NCBI GenBank assembly: GCA_009103225.1 | Contig: RHPI01003614.1 | Coordinates: 1-64,000 of the forward strand | Direction of reading: 5' to 3' | DNA length: 64,000 bases | Source of the DNA: Chlorokybus atmophyticus | Taxonomy: Eukaryota; Plantae; Mesostigma and Chlorokybus algae | Part shown: positions 11,356-23,800 of the stretch, piece by piece | Layout: every line of letters starts with the position of its first letter | Position numbering within the stretch: position 1 is the stretch's first letter | Made by a program: the position numbers and the translations under genes | Notes under the pieces: generated by a model | Seen by the model: only the letters and a program-made list of their open reading frames with translations | What the model was told of the DNA's origin: nothing | Databases searched by the model: none

Positions 11356-14300
11356 TCACAGTGTATACATCGGGTGCACTGAAGTTGGTGTCTGCTGCAC
11401 ATAACCGCAGTAACAAGCAGACAGCATCCAGCGGATGTTATTTACAGCCAGCAGCTCAAGGTACCTGGGCATGGGATGAAAAACACACAATGAGAATGCA
11501 TTGCACATATTGTAACAGGAACAACAGATGACTGTGCTCGAGGCAAAGCAACAAAAGCAACAACTCACCCCTGGAGTTGGCATGGAAAGCTGGTGGTATG
11601 GACTTGCTATGTGAGCGCTTGTGGGCGGGCCTGCTGGGGGAGCAGTAATGCTATACGGGTCATAGAGTGCTTGGTGTGCTCCATGGGAACCCGCATGGTC
11701 ACCTTCGTGACCGTTAGCATGCGACGCCAAACCCCACGGGTCCTTCTCATAATTGACTATGGAAGGAGGAGGCTTGTAGCTGTTGGTGCGTATGACGGGA
11801 TGAACAACTACATTCTCAACTGGGTCAACACGCAATCTTTGGGGAGCGCGGTTCGCATAATCCTCCATGTCATCAGCGATGCTGCCGTGATCCCGCTTGC
11901 TGCCCACATCAGCAATCTCGGCACTCACGCTACGAGGCGTGACATACCCGCTGCCACTTGAAGCAGAAGCACTCGATGGCGCGTGCAGGGGCCAGTGCGG
12001 GACGTGTGCATGTACATGTGGCATCTCCATGTAGGGCTGAGGCATAAAGTGCATAACAGGCTGCGCATATACAGGGTGGTGGTAGGTGCTGGTAGGGTGG
12101 GAACTGTGCATGTACATCTCAAACTGGTCCGGTCGGGGGCTGTACGGTGTGGCGTAACCAAGGGGCATGGAATGCACGTGCTCCGGTATGTGCAGTGAAG
12201 GCTCTGGAAGAAAGTGCGGTGGAGCATACCGAGCATAATCTTTTGGCCTTTGCGGGCGTGCTTCGCCACCAAAGTGGAAGCTGTTACCTGTCACAGCACA
12301 AACACCATGCTGAATGCATGAAGCACGAGTACACCGTGGCACAATGTTTTGTAACATAACAACATGCTTCATTCAGGACTTGCAAGAAACAAGTAACGCT
12401 TATGGCAGTCACAATAAAGACTGTAGCCAATCAACTCACCATGACTGAGTCGTGCGCTCTGCTTGCGTTCAAAATACTTGGCTCTAGATTGGCCCGGTCT
12501 AAGGAACTCAGACTCGGGCAGCTCGTCAAGAATCTTCTCCAGAGCTGCCGCAGCCGCCTCCTGCTTGGCCTTTGCTTTGGCTCGGCCTCGTCCCACACCC
12601 GATACAGTTGGAGTCTCGCTGCCGGGCGTGCAGATGGACGCGGTCACCTCGAAGGGTCCCATCTGAGACTCTGCGAGCGTATTGTACTGCACTTCCAGGT
12701 GATGCTTGGCGGCGTGCTCGTGCAGGAGCGACAGCGGGGTCTTGTTGGCCAGCTTTGGGTCTTGGTGCAGGCGGGACAGCAGCGCAGCCACGCGCCTGAA
12801 TTTGCTGGCCCACGCCTGTGCATCACTGGCCTGGGCTTCAGCTTCTGTCTTCAACTTGGCATCCGCAGCCGGATTGGGACTAGGGCTGGGGCTAGGGCAA
12901 CTCTCTGCTTTCATCTTTCTGTGAGGCGCAGGTGCAGGGCTAGGCAAGGAGTTGCTCTCAACCGCATTTCCCACGGTGTTTTCGGGCTGGATGCTCGAGT
13001 TGGACCGTATCAAGCTGAGCATGTGGCTCATACTCGACTCCGGTTCCGGCTTTAGCGGCTCCTGCCTGGCAGGACGTCTCAACAAAGGTGGCGCGTGCAT
13101 CAAAGGCACCGGTGCGCTATGCGTGTGCATGAGGTATGGCGGCCGCAACACCGGCGAGTCCACATAGTCAAGATACTCATGGTAGTACCCACCATAGAAA
13201 TTGTATTCGTCCTGCACGTAGTATGTTGGCGTCCTGCAAGCAAATCCAACACTGTGTTGTTATATTGTTCCTCAAGATACGAGTCCATGCATGACTCAAC
13301 ATGCTCCCAAAACCAAGAAACGCTGTTTGTGGTCACTAACCGCTCAGTACCAGCCGATGGTGGGCCCCACCTAGGTTGACTCTCTTTTTTCTCGTCTGGT
13401 CTGTTACGCATGGGTTTGGCAAGCGTAGCTTTAAGGCGCAGCAGCTTACCACCTTCGCTGATTTCCAGTCCATTCATGCTGTCAATGGCTTTGAGAGCGC
13501 TCTCACGCTCGGTGTAGTTAACAAATGCAAACTCTTTCCTCTTGGCTGAAGCGAGGTTTTTGGCCATCACAACTCGTTCCAAGTGGCCAAACTTGCCAAA
13601 CACCTCGCGCACCCTTTCTTCCGACCAACTTGTTGGCAAGCAGTCCACAAACACAGACTTGACTTGTGCCATCACATCCTCATCAGGCTCGTTGAGAGGC
13701 TGCGCCCATGCTACCTTCACCACCTGATCGCCCAGCTTAAACTCTGCTTTCTCCAGCTTTCGCAAAGCCTGATCATACACAGTTATGACTATGGTAAACG
13801 ACTCAGGATCGGCACCATGTCTACCACAATCAGGTAGATAGGTTTCTGTTAGTGTTGTTGTGCCGCTTCAGGCACAACAACACTGAGAGCAGGCTCTCAG
13901 TGTTGTGCCATCCACAAGCCCATATGCAACCTGACCCCAAGAAGTTCAGAAAACAACATGGCTAATGACTTGGCAGGTTGTTACCGACAGCATTGTGAAC
14001 TAAGTTCAGTGAACTTAGTTCACAATGCCTAGTGTCACGCGACACCTTACAGGGAGTTAGCGGTGAGTACACACCCACACTGTACCATGCAAGCACTCCA
14101 TTCATAACACTGAATGCGCCTTGTGAAGACAAGACGCTCTGTCTAACCTGAGTGGCGTGCTTGCGCGTCTCAAACTCCACAAAACAGAAACCCCTATTGC
14201 GGCCGAGGTTGGCAGGATCCTCCATCATGATGATGTCAACCAAGCCTTCCATTTCGTTAAGATACGTCTTCACAGTCTCGCGGTCCCAATCCTTCTTTAA

Positions 14301-15690
14301 TTTACCAACAAAGAGAGTGTCGTTCTCATCGCTCGGGAGCACCCCAACGGCCTTCCCAAGCACAGTGGCCTTGTCCAGCTCGGCCACAGCTTGCTTCGCA
14401 GCAGCAATGGTTGTATAACGAACAAACGCAAAGCCTTTATTCTTATTGCTCCCGTGATCCCAACACAGCCTGCGCAGCCAAATCAGTCACGCAAGTGTGC
14501 AACTGAAAGTTTTGACAGCTAATGAAGCTGCTCATAGCGCGCACATGTGCATGTCTTGTGCCAACTCAACACAAGCACATGCAGCAATGAACTGGCTCAC
14601 CTAACCTCAGCAATCTCCCCAACCGTCTCAAACACTCGCCGTACATCATCCTCTTTCGCATGCACGTCAAGTCCCCCAACAAACACCTCAGCACCTTTGA
14701 GCTTTCGCCTTCGCATGCGCATGCCGGCGTCCCCGCCATCCTGCTGCTGGTAATTGCTCTCCACGAGATCTGCAAGCAAGCGAACATGTGTGAGAGGTGT
14801 TGTGTACTGTTGGTCATAGCATGAAACTAGTATCTACGCATAGTAATGGAACACATCCATCTACACATACTCCACATGTTCACTTACTCCGGAGCAGATC
14901 TGTCTACACATATTCCACACACACCTCCTGAATGGGATGTGCTGGCGCTTGCAATGCTTCTGGGCTGATTGTCGCTGGAATCATCATTGTCGCCCTCGCC
15001 ATCAACATGCATGTTGTCAGCAGCGCCAATACTGGCGCCCGCATCCGTCTCCATTGTGATGACCTCCTGAAAATCTACCAGCATGCTGATGTTTATGAGG
15101 CTGGCAACGATGTAACCAAGGCCACAAAACACGCACTACAATCATCCTAAACAGCAACACTGATTGCAACCCATTGTGTCTGCATGACACCTGCAGCGTG
15201 CAAGAGTCATGTCAGCAGTGCACACCATTTCAGGCACACACACAGCTGCACCTAAGACGCATGCAATTACTATACGCTCTTGAGAAGCACAGCTAGGTAA
15301 GCTTTGTCTGTGAGACAGCTGCCTGAAACCCTAAGACACAGCAGCATGGCTTCGCTGCATGTTGCCTCCAAGCAATGCAAGCACTGCTTGAGCTTGCTTG
15401 GCTCAGTCACCTGGCGGCTGGGTTCGGGCCAGACCCGGTGCTTCTGAGCCTCCTCTGAGATGAAGAAGACCAGCAGCGTCCTCCGCCGCCCCACCCTCCA
15501 CCTCCTCCTCCTCCTCCTCCGGCTCCCCAGCAGGGGCTTCCCCCCGTGACCCCACCTCTGCCGGCGCAATCGTGATCGCCGACAGGGAAGTTTCCAGCTC
15601 CATGGCGGACTTCCTGAAAGACTCGGAGGCGGCAGCGGTGGTGCCCGCCTCCACAGCCGCCGCCGCCGCCGCCGCCGCCGCCGTCTCCAT
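11356..15690 (-). CDS. Multi-exon RNA-binding protein, hnRNP Q/R (SYNCRIP)/A1CF-like, with three RRMs and a dsRNA-binding motif
   Basis: RRM1 EVFVGGLD..KGFAFVRY, RRM2 TLFVGKL..NRGFCFVEF, linker VAWAQP, RRM3 SVFVDCL..EFAFVNY. dsRBM KTPLSLLHEHAAK...GVGRGRAKAKAKQEAAAAAL (~12530-12740). Pro/His/Tyr-rich C-terminus; GT-AG introns. First ATG at 15690; 3' end uncertain. Confidence 0.85.
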
Positions 15691-18179
15691 GCCCGCCGCC
15701 GCCGCTGGCACTGCGGCAGCCGCGGCAGCAGCCAAACGCTGGACGCCAATTGCTGGTACCAGACGCGATATCTACAAGTTAAGCGCTACATCGCTAGTTC
15801 AGGTCAATAGATTATGATATCTAGTGTCCATCAACGAAAGTATGTTGAGAATATTAGGCATCACCTGAGGTCATTAACTGCTGTGTGTCGGGTACCATTG
15901 CAGCGTACTGTGTTTGACAATGCCCGACACATGCGTGGCTCGGGCGGAGCCCATCATGCCATGTTTCTGTGGTGCGCTTGAGTTGCGCTGACAGTACTAA
16001 ACCATGGCCTAGTACTAATGAGCCTACTGCTGTAATTGCACTCGACCTTACGACACCCTCCCAATAGCGATGAAGTGTTGAATGACCGTTTTGCATTAGG
16101 TTAATTTAGTCATTCATAATGACTGTCACACTCCATGTAAGAACAATCGGTGCCAATAGGGAGCGTCAGTATAGCGAGGGCAAGTATGAAACTGATTGTT
16201 TAGGGCTTCGATACCTCGCTATAGCGACCAGTTGTTATGACCTGGAGTTGTAAGCACATCTGGATCCGTAGTAACCACCATTGCCATTGCATAGAGATGT
16301 TCGACTCTAAATCAATGTAGTAGTCATGTTTCGTAAGTAAAACCCTCGTTACATTGATAAATTGTCATTACGTAGCATTGACGCTTTATAACAATGATTA
16401 ATTACTGCATCTGAAGAACGACATTTTCGTGTCATAAGAAAATGATTATACACATTCGTGGTCATTATATCAAAAGTAGACTGTGACTCGTTGCAAATCC
16501 AAATGAGTCACCATTTGTTCACCGTTTCTCATAGGGACACAACCTGTTCCTTCAGTTATTAATCAATAATTTTAATAAAGTTCAAAGTTTTGAACCTTTA
16601 CGAATACGATAGACTTAAACTGCCATTAATGCAACTTAACCGCGCTGCTGTAACATGGCATAGGGTAAAACACAATGATTGAATTTTCTTCACTTTTGTC
16701 TTCTCCAATACTTGCGCATCTTTATGTAGCATATAGCAATATCGTGTTAATCTTGAATCTGAAATGGAAGTGTTCCAACCCAGCAGAATTAAAGCGGTAG
16801 TGGTTAAATATAACAACTCGATGCTTTACTCGGGTAGTAGGCTCTTAGAAAGAGGCCCACCCGAAACTCTCATCCCTACAGTGGCCTCAAGGAGCCAATG
16901 TAGGGTACAATGTAGGGTAGTGTAATAATTTTACAAGGTGACCCATACTATGCTATCCTTACCATTGGGTGTCTTAAGTATATGTACTCTCCTCTTTGTT
17001 TTTGTAACTGGCTTTGCACAATGGGTTTAACATGCACACCTGAGATGATCAAAACAATTTGCATTGTCAGTCAACCCGAGTGGATAAAGCCACTGGAAAC
17101 AACATTGCCGCTGAAAATGTTGATGCGAGCCAAGCCTGTTGTGTATCCATAATATGCATGGTGCAATGTCATTGAACGGCAACAACTATAAGCAAGACAC
17201 AATGGGGGGCCGCCCGCTGAATCAAGGCCAAGTGCCGAGGGACACTAGCACTGTTTCGAAGCATTGGTACCATGGATGTGTACAAAGTACATGATATGCG
17301 CGAGACAGCTGGAGACATGCATGATGCCAAACAATAGCGTACCAACCAGTGTTGGTACGCTATTGTTTGGCATCATGGAAGCATATGAGGTGTCATAAGG
17401 GGGCTACAGGTAAGCAGGCAAAGAAGAGGGTAATAGATACAGATGCTTGTCAGCAGCATGTAGATCAAAAAGCCATTATATACCATCATACACATTCCGT
17501 TGCGTTCTTGGTACATGCAGTGCGTGAGTAGTGCATGTTGCCATGGCATGCACTGCTGACAGTACCACATACGAGCGCGACAAGCACTGCTTGTTGCGAC
17601 ATCAGTGCATGATGCACTGCTGATGTCAGCAGTGCATTGCTGAAGATTACAATGGCAGACTATCAATGACATCAACAAGCAGAGAGGAGGGGCGAGGGAT
17701 GCGGGATTGCGGGAGGAGGGAGAGTCCGTCCGCCGTTGATGCTGCCGACTGCCTAGCGCTGCCGACCGCGACCAACTAGTTGCACGTTGCGCAAGTAATT
17801 GTATGTATCTGTACAATGTGCCGTATGTATGCTCATGCACAGAAACATGCAAGCATCCCCGCCCTCCGCCATGTCTAACCAGCCTGCGCTTGCTGCTGCT
17901 GCTACGCTCTATCCCTTGTCTTGCCCTTCACCTGCCAAGCCTTCGTTCTTATCCGTACTGCCTGTTGCACAGGTCCGCTTGCTCTTGTACCCTTGAACAT
18001 GCTTGCCCCTGCCCTGCTCTGCTGCCCTCGCCCCCACCCCCCGCTCACACCAAGCACATAGCTAGAGCACATAGCTACCTTGTTGCTTGGCCGTGTTCTA
18101 ATTGAAGTGCCCATGCTGGTGTGACTGCTGGTGTGACTGCTAATTGCTTGGGTGCGCCTTGCTGTGCTTGGCACGTTGT

Positions 18180-18597
18180 GCATACGTTTGGAAAGCCTAT
18201 GCAAGTGTAGGCAACATACAACATGCAGGCAGTCATAGTTGTTCAATATTTTACCACCGGGTTGACCTGTTCTACCTTCACTACTAACGCTACCACCCCG
18301 TTAGACATGCAAGCATCTGCCAATTACCTGCACAACCAGCCGCTACGCAGTTAGTCTTGGTCAACAGCGCCAGGCCGTCGGCAGCAACAGCAGACGGATT
18401 CCCCCTCCCTCCTCTCGCCAGCATTACCCTCGCCCCTCCTCTCCGTTCTGCTGCTGCCTTCGGCAGCCCTTTGTAGCCCTAAACCCCACACTGTTGACGT
18501 CAGCAGTGCACGCTTGCAGTGGTGGCGCGCGGCATGGTTCGGTGCAGGCGGTGGGGTTGGGTGGTGGGGTTGGGGGCCTGTGTCCTTCGCATGGGCA
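18180..18597 (-). repeat. Left inverted repeat (pLTR-like) of the Penelope-like element
   Basis: Exact 24-nt reverse complement 18550-18573 vs 20183-20206. Collinear blocks (CAGGTAATT, GAAGGTAGA, GACTGCNTGCATGTT) match 20159-20744. Partial direct copies at ~17690-17810 and ~18610-18745. Confidence 0.6.
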
Positions 18598-18799
18598 AGC
18601 CGCTTCATCATGCATATGTGCATGTATGTCTAACGGGGTTTGCGTACTGGTGAAGGTGGGTAGATAGTGATTTACTATATATAGCCCGCAGGTGCACTGA
18701 TGCATATGTCGTGCATGCCACATTCCCTCATTGCATACTTTGTACAGCAGCTACGACAGCCATAGCCCTCAAAGGTTTGCAACTCCTACCGTCGGTCGC

Positions 18800-20090
18800 A
18801 ATGTTTCCCGATTGCTAGTTCGGCTGCAGCTGTGACAACCGTAAGCATCCGTCCTTAGCAATCAACCAATACTGTGGCATTGTTCAGCTGTAGTAGTTGA
18901 AGACATGAATGCCCATCATACAAATCAGCACGGCCTGATTGGGTAGCAACCAAACAACCTGCTTAAGCATGTAACCCCTACACTACAACACACTCGCCTA
19001 GCGCATGTACTGTACATCCTGATAATCCTTCAACATACACACACGCATGGCGTTTGGTAGATTGCAATCGGTGTTCAATACCACTCGCACAGCCATCGAC
19101 AAACGGTGGCATCTGCAGCTCCAAACTTATGACTTTACTACGCAGTACACGCAGATACCATATCTGTGACAGCATGAGGACTTGCTGCTCCGCATGAGGC
19201 GTTTGGTGGATGCCACGTTCGCCATGCAGTGGAAGCTACAGCGCGCTACCCACTTACACCTGAGTGTTCAACCAGATGCTTCTGTGCGACATCACTGGAG
19301 CGCTGGCGCGCAGTACACCTCCGATGACGACAGCAACTGGCGCACAATCACCGTGCAGTCGCTGAGTGACATGCTGCAGTACTTGCTACGCAACTTGTAC
19401 ATCAGGACCAGCAGTGACGAACTGTACAGGCAGCAAGTGGGAATCCCAATGGGCAATAATGCTGGCGTGCACTTGGCTAATGGCTACTTATTGACTTATG
19501 AGCTGAACTTCATGCAACGGCTGCGCATGCAGGGCCACGGACACTTGGTGGGGCAGTACGCTCGCAACGTCCTACATTACATTGATGATTTGTTTGTGGT
19601 GGCCATTCCTAACTTTGAGCGACTGATGTATGTGGATCCAACCGTGCCCGGAGGTGGACTCTATCCGCGGGACATCCTCACGGTGTCGCGCACAGCGATG
19701 GGTGAAGCACTCCCCTTTTTGGACTTGTCCATATTCCAAACCGCTGATGGCATTTGTACTGAACTGTACAGCAAAAAGGAGCTGCCAGCCTTCCGCGGTA
19801 TTCCACGTCACAGAGCATCGCTGCCAGCCTCCAACATACCAAACAGCGTACAGCTTGGTGTGGTCGAGTCGCAGTACACACGGTTTGTACGCCTGTGTAC
19901 GTACATGACGCACTTCATCACAGCCATGGCGGACTTACTACACGCCATGCACGCCGACGGCCATTCGCTGAAAAAGCCATTGGCGATGCTGCGACAAAGA
20001 ATGTCAAAGACAGATGCATATGTCTACTGCACAGCACCAATGCTGCTCTACATGATGGTGGTCACGTACTTGCAGCAGCACTACCGGTGA
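18800..20090 (+). mobile_element. Penelope-like retroelement reverse transcriptase (5'-degenerate, no C-terminal endonuclease)
   Basis: QTYDFTTQYTQIP upstream of a stop near 19170. ORF 19182-20090 has QQVGIPMGNNAGVHLANGYL, YIDDL, PFLDL, LYSK and SNIP..GVVESQYTRFVRLC, which are PLE-type RT and thumb motifs. Confidence 0.8.
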
Positions 20091-20127
20091 TGAGCGACCC
20101 ATGCACTGCATGGGTCGCTCATCACCG
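20085..20127. other. Perfect hairpin with 21-bp arms and a 1-nt loop overlapping the RT stop codon
   Basis: CGGTGATGAGCGACCCATGCA-C-TGCATGGGTCGCTCATCACCG. Confidence 0.95.
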
Positions 20128-20158
20128 ATATGGGGAGCAGGCTGTTGGTAACACAGCG

Positions 20159-20744
20159 TGCCCGTGCGAACGAAGGAGGACACCAACCCCACCACCCAAC
20201 CCCACCACCGACACCTAACCGTCAGCAGCGACACTGCGCAACGCAGGGCTGACAGTGCTGGCAGTCGCCCTGCATGCGTGTGCCAGAGGGAGACAGGGCA
20301 GAGGGGCCCTGCCACATCAGCAGCGCCGAGGGTTGCGAGTCGCAGCGACTGCTGCCGAACTGAAGAGAAGGAGGAGCGGAGGGAGAAAGAGGCGGAGGAG
20401 GGAGAGGAGCAGGAGGGGGACGAAGAGAGAGAGGGAGACAGAGGGGAAGGAGGGAGGGAGAGGGAGGGGAAGGGAACTCATGGGCTGCCTGCTGACTGCA
20501 TTGCCACTGCTGCACCGCTACATCTGCTTGCTACCGTTGTTAACGCTGCCCTGATCGTGTTGTACAGGTAATTACACGTGCATGCATGTGTGTTGCAACG
20601 GGTATGGGCAGTAGTGAAGGTAGATAAGTAGTGAACTTGGACATCCCAGTGGTGAATAAAAGTGCGATGGTGTAGTGTGCGGACTGCATGCATGTTTGCT
20701 ACATTCTCATGCATGCCACAATCCTTGCATACTATATTATGCAC
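20159..20744 (+). repeat. Right repeat (pLTR-like) of the Penelope-like element
   Basis: Diverged inverted counterpart of 18180-18597, with a purine-rich GAG/GGA tract. Confidence 0.6.
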
Positions 20745-20844
20745 ACTAGTGAAAGTGAAACCGACCTATTACTACGCTATGCCAAAAGCACAACTGCGCA
20801 CTTGTTTCCAGTATGTACATAATAACATACTTGTATAAGCACGC

Positions 20845-23800
20845 TCACGTTGTCAGGTCTGATGGCAGTGTGGATGACTTGCAGCCAAGCACGGGTACAC
20901 TTGTGTCTGGTATGTACACGCAGCGAGGGTCTGCGTCCACGCGCCCATCCGGTTGAACAAGAATAGGGTAGGGTAGTATATGTCCCTGTGGAAGCGGGAA
21001 GGCCGCGTCGCGCAGGAATACATCATAATTGTAGCGTGCGACGGAGTTCACAAACTGTACACACTCTGGACTTTGCGGGCGCAAAAACACCTCTGGCAAG
21101 GCGTGTAGGCCGAGGTGTTCTGCGGGGTTGAGATGGCAACACAATCAGTGAGGTGGGGAAGCACAAGTAGTGATGGTGCTATGCCTAATAATACTTGCAA
21201 TGCGGTAGTGGCACATGCTGTGAGCTGCGCATGCACCACCACGCACACATGCAAACAAGTGCATAATCACAAACACGCATGTGCACATGGGTGCGCGCGT
21301 GCATACAACCATGCGCGAAAACAGGCGCGCACGCGCATATAGATACAGACATGCACGAGTGCGTGTCAGCCTGCCAACACACGCCCACTCATACACGCAC
21401 GCACACATGCGATTGCACACACACGTTGGCCGCGGGTACCTGTTTGTGCACATGATTTGGGTGCACAAGACACATACCTGCCCACAGAGACATGCGGAAG
21501 CCGTGTATGTGTCCACGTGGCAGCTCCCCGCCGGATTGAAGCATTGTGCGGTGCGGCTGATATGCACCAATGGCAATCTCAGAGTCACGCATACCGTCCA
21601 TTGAGCGTTGGTTGACATTGGCTGAGCCTGACAGGCACAGACACGTCTTTATTGTACCGTTTTCAAGTCACATTAATGCTGACACAGGTTTATAAACACA
21701 CAGCCATGCGTACCCAATATGATGTACTCGTCGTCCACCATCATCATCTTGGAATGCACGTATATCATAAATCTACGGGAGCGTTGATAGCGGCGCTGCA
21801 GACAACACAACACATGTTATGTTGTACCCACGTTGCATTTCTGACCTTCCTGTGACACAATGGGCTGCACATCCACCTGTTGCGGGCCGACATTGCCCGC
21901 AGGCGTGCCGTTGCCATCAGGTGCCTCGCGGTTGCCAATCCAATAAAAGTTGAGGTATCTGCAGAGCAACTTTAGCATAATGCATCCCGACAGTCATCAG
22001 CGCATGGATGCATCAAACAACATACTCTTGCGGGTGTGCATTAAGTCCACAGTTGCGTATCTCCTTGGCAATCAACTTGTACATGGCTTGCATCGTCAAG
22101 TGTTGCCAATGGAGAATCTCCTGCAGAAGAAGTTGAATGCAGATGCGGAAATATACAGCATTGTTATGAATTGAGTCATTTACATGAACTTGCCTGCACG
22201 GTGTCGCTTGCAGGGTCTCCATCTGGGTACAACGGAATTACAACATAAGCCGCAAAGCGCTCCCGGTATCTGATCTTCTGGCATATTTTAAGTGCGATCT
22301 CGATTGGGATCAGCTGGTTGCACTTCACGGACTGGCTCTCATCCCAGGCCTGTGCAAAGCACCCATTACAAGCAGTTGACAGCTGCCACATGCTTATTTT
22401 GTGCGTGCATGCTGATTATGTGCAAGCACGCACGCGTGCGTGTGTGCATGTCACGCATGTGTGCATAGGTGTGCATGTTTAGGTGAGTGTACGCATGTGT
22501 GGATGTGTAGAACTGTGTATACGTTCAGCGTGCACAATCGGCATGCACACATGGCGTGTGCATACCGAAACACACGCACGTGTGTGACAGAGCTTCTTGT
22601 GCCTGCCTATCTGGAAACGAGCATGTGTACTGTGCAATTCAAAGCCCAGCTAAGACTTGCTTGTGCACCACAACCTCACAGCTCTAAAGCACGTACAGAC
22701 ACTCTTGGCTTGATGCAAATGCCAAACCAGACGACATCAGCTTGCAAGCATCACACCTGTGAGGAGCCGAGGAAGTACTGCGATTCAATATAGATGAATT
22801 CCTGAGCGCGGCGTATGGCGGCAACATGCGCGTCGTGTATCGTCCGCTCCACCAGCCGGCCCTTCTGACCCACAAGACCGTCGTTTGCCACCGACGGGCG
22901 GTTCTCCCAGCCCGCAACACTCCTCGAGTCGATCGATCGCAAGACCTGAACACATGCACATGCGCGTGCGCAGTTGCGATCACTACTCATCCCATGTTCT
23001 TGACAACTTTGCAATGGCCCGATATTCACAATTCATGAACCAACTCGCGTGTCCGCCTTGTCTGATTTGTATTACAGTGTTGCTTACAAGTCAATCTTCA
23101 TGGTAGGTCAATCAAACATGTTGACGAGCACAAGTTCACCATGCCATGCGTAATGCATGGCACTGGTACTTGTGCCTTGCCTGAATGTGCCAGCAATTTC
23201 GGTTGTCATTGTCCACTGCAGGCTCATACTGGACCAACCCAGGCACCGTTGTTAGGTCCAGCAAGTCGCTTGCGTACTGCTTTGCCTGCACCATGACAGA
23301 CATAACACCACATTACATTACCGACTCCCAGGACATGAAGATGCTGTTCCTTGGGTTACCGCACACATGCGCGCACGTATATCCGCATGTATCACTGGTG
23401 AACTGCTCTCTGTACCTGTTTCAACCAGCGTTCGGTGAAATTTGTGAGGACGTCCCAAGCTGCAGGCCCGTCGACGAAAGCGTGCAAGTCATGCCAAGGC
23501 TCGCGCGGACCGCCGTTGTCCCTACGCGCGAGTGACATCATTACTAACACGTTCTCAAAGGCAGTTGACATCATGAGACAAGACCATGCTGAAGCCTTTG
23601 GCTGAATAACGCCCATGCCACAGCAGGAGTGTCTTACTGAGTGGCTCCTGGGATGCACTTCTGCCGGAAGTCTTCTTTGTGATAAGTGTGCAGCGTCCTG
23701 AGCACAGCAGCTGTTGTCATGCAATTGATGTAGACAGTACACATGCCATGTGCTTCATCGCAGCCACGCGCATGCACATGTACACGCACCCAATGCATCT

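Noticed and set aside
12402-13055. 217-aa plus-strand ORF
   Set aside because: Antisense shadow of the GC-rich dsRBM exon.
20085-20130. GTGATGAG as a hammerhead ribozyme core
   Set aside because: The core should be CTGANGA followed by a stem and GAAA. Neither the leading C nor the GAAA is present; it is a simple palindrome.
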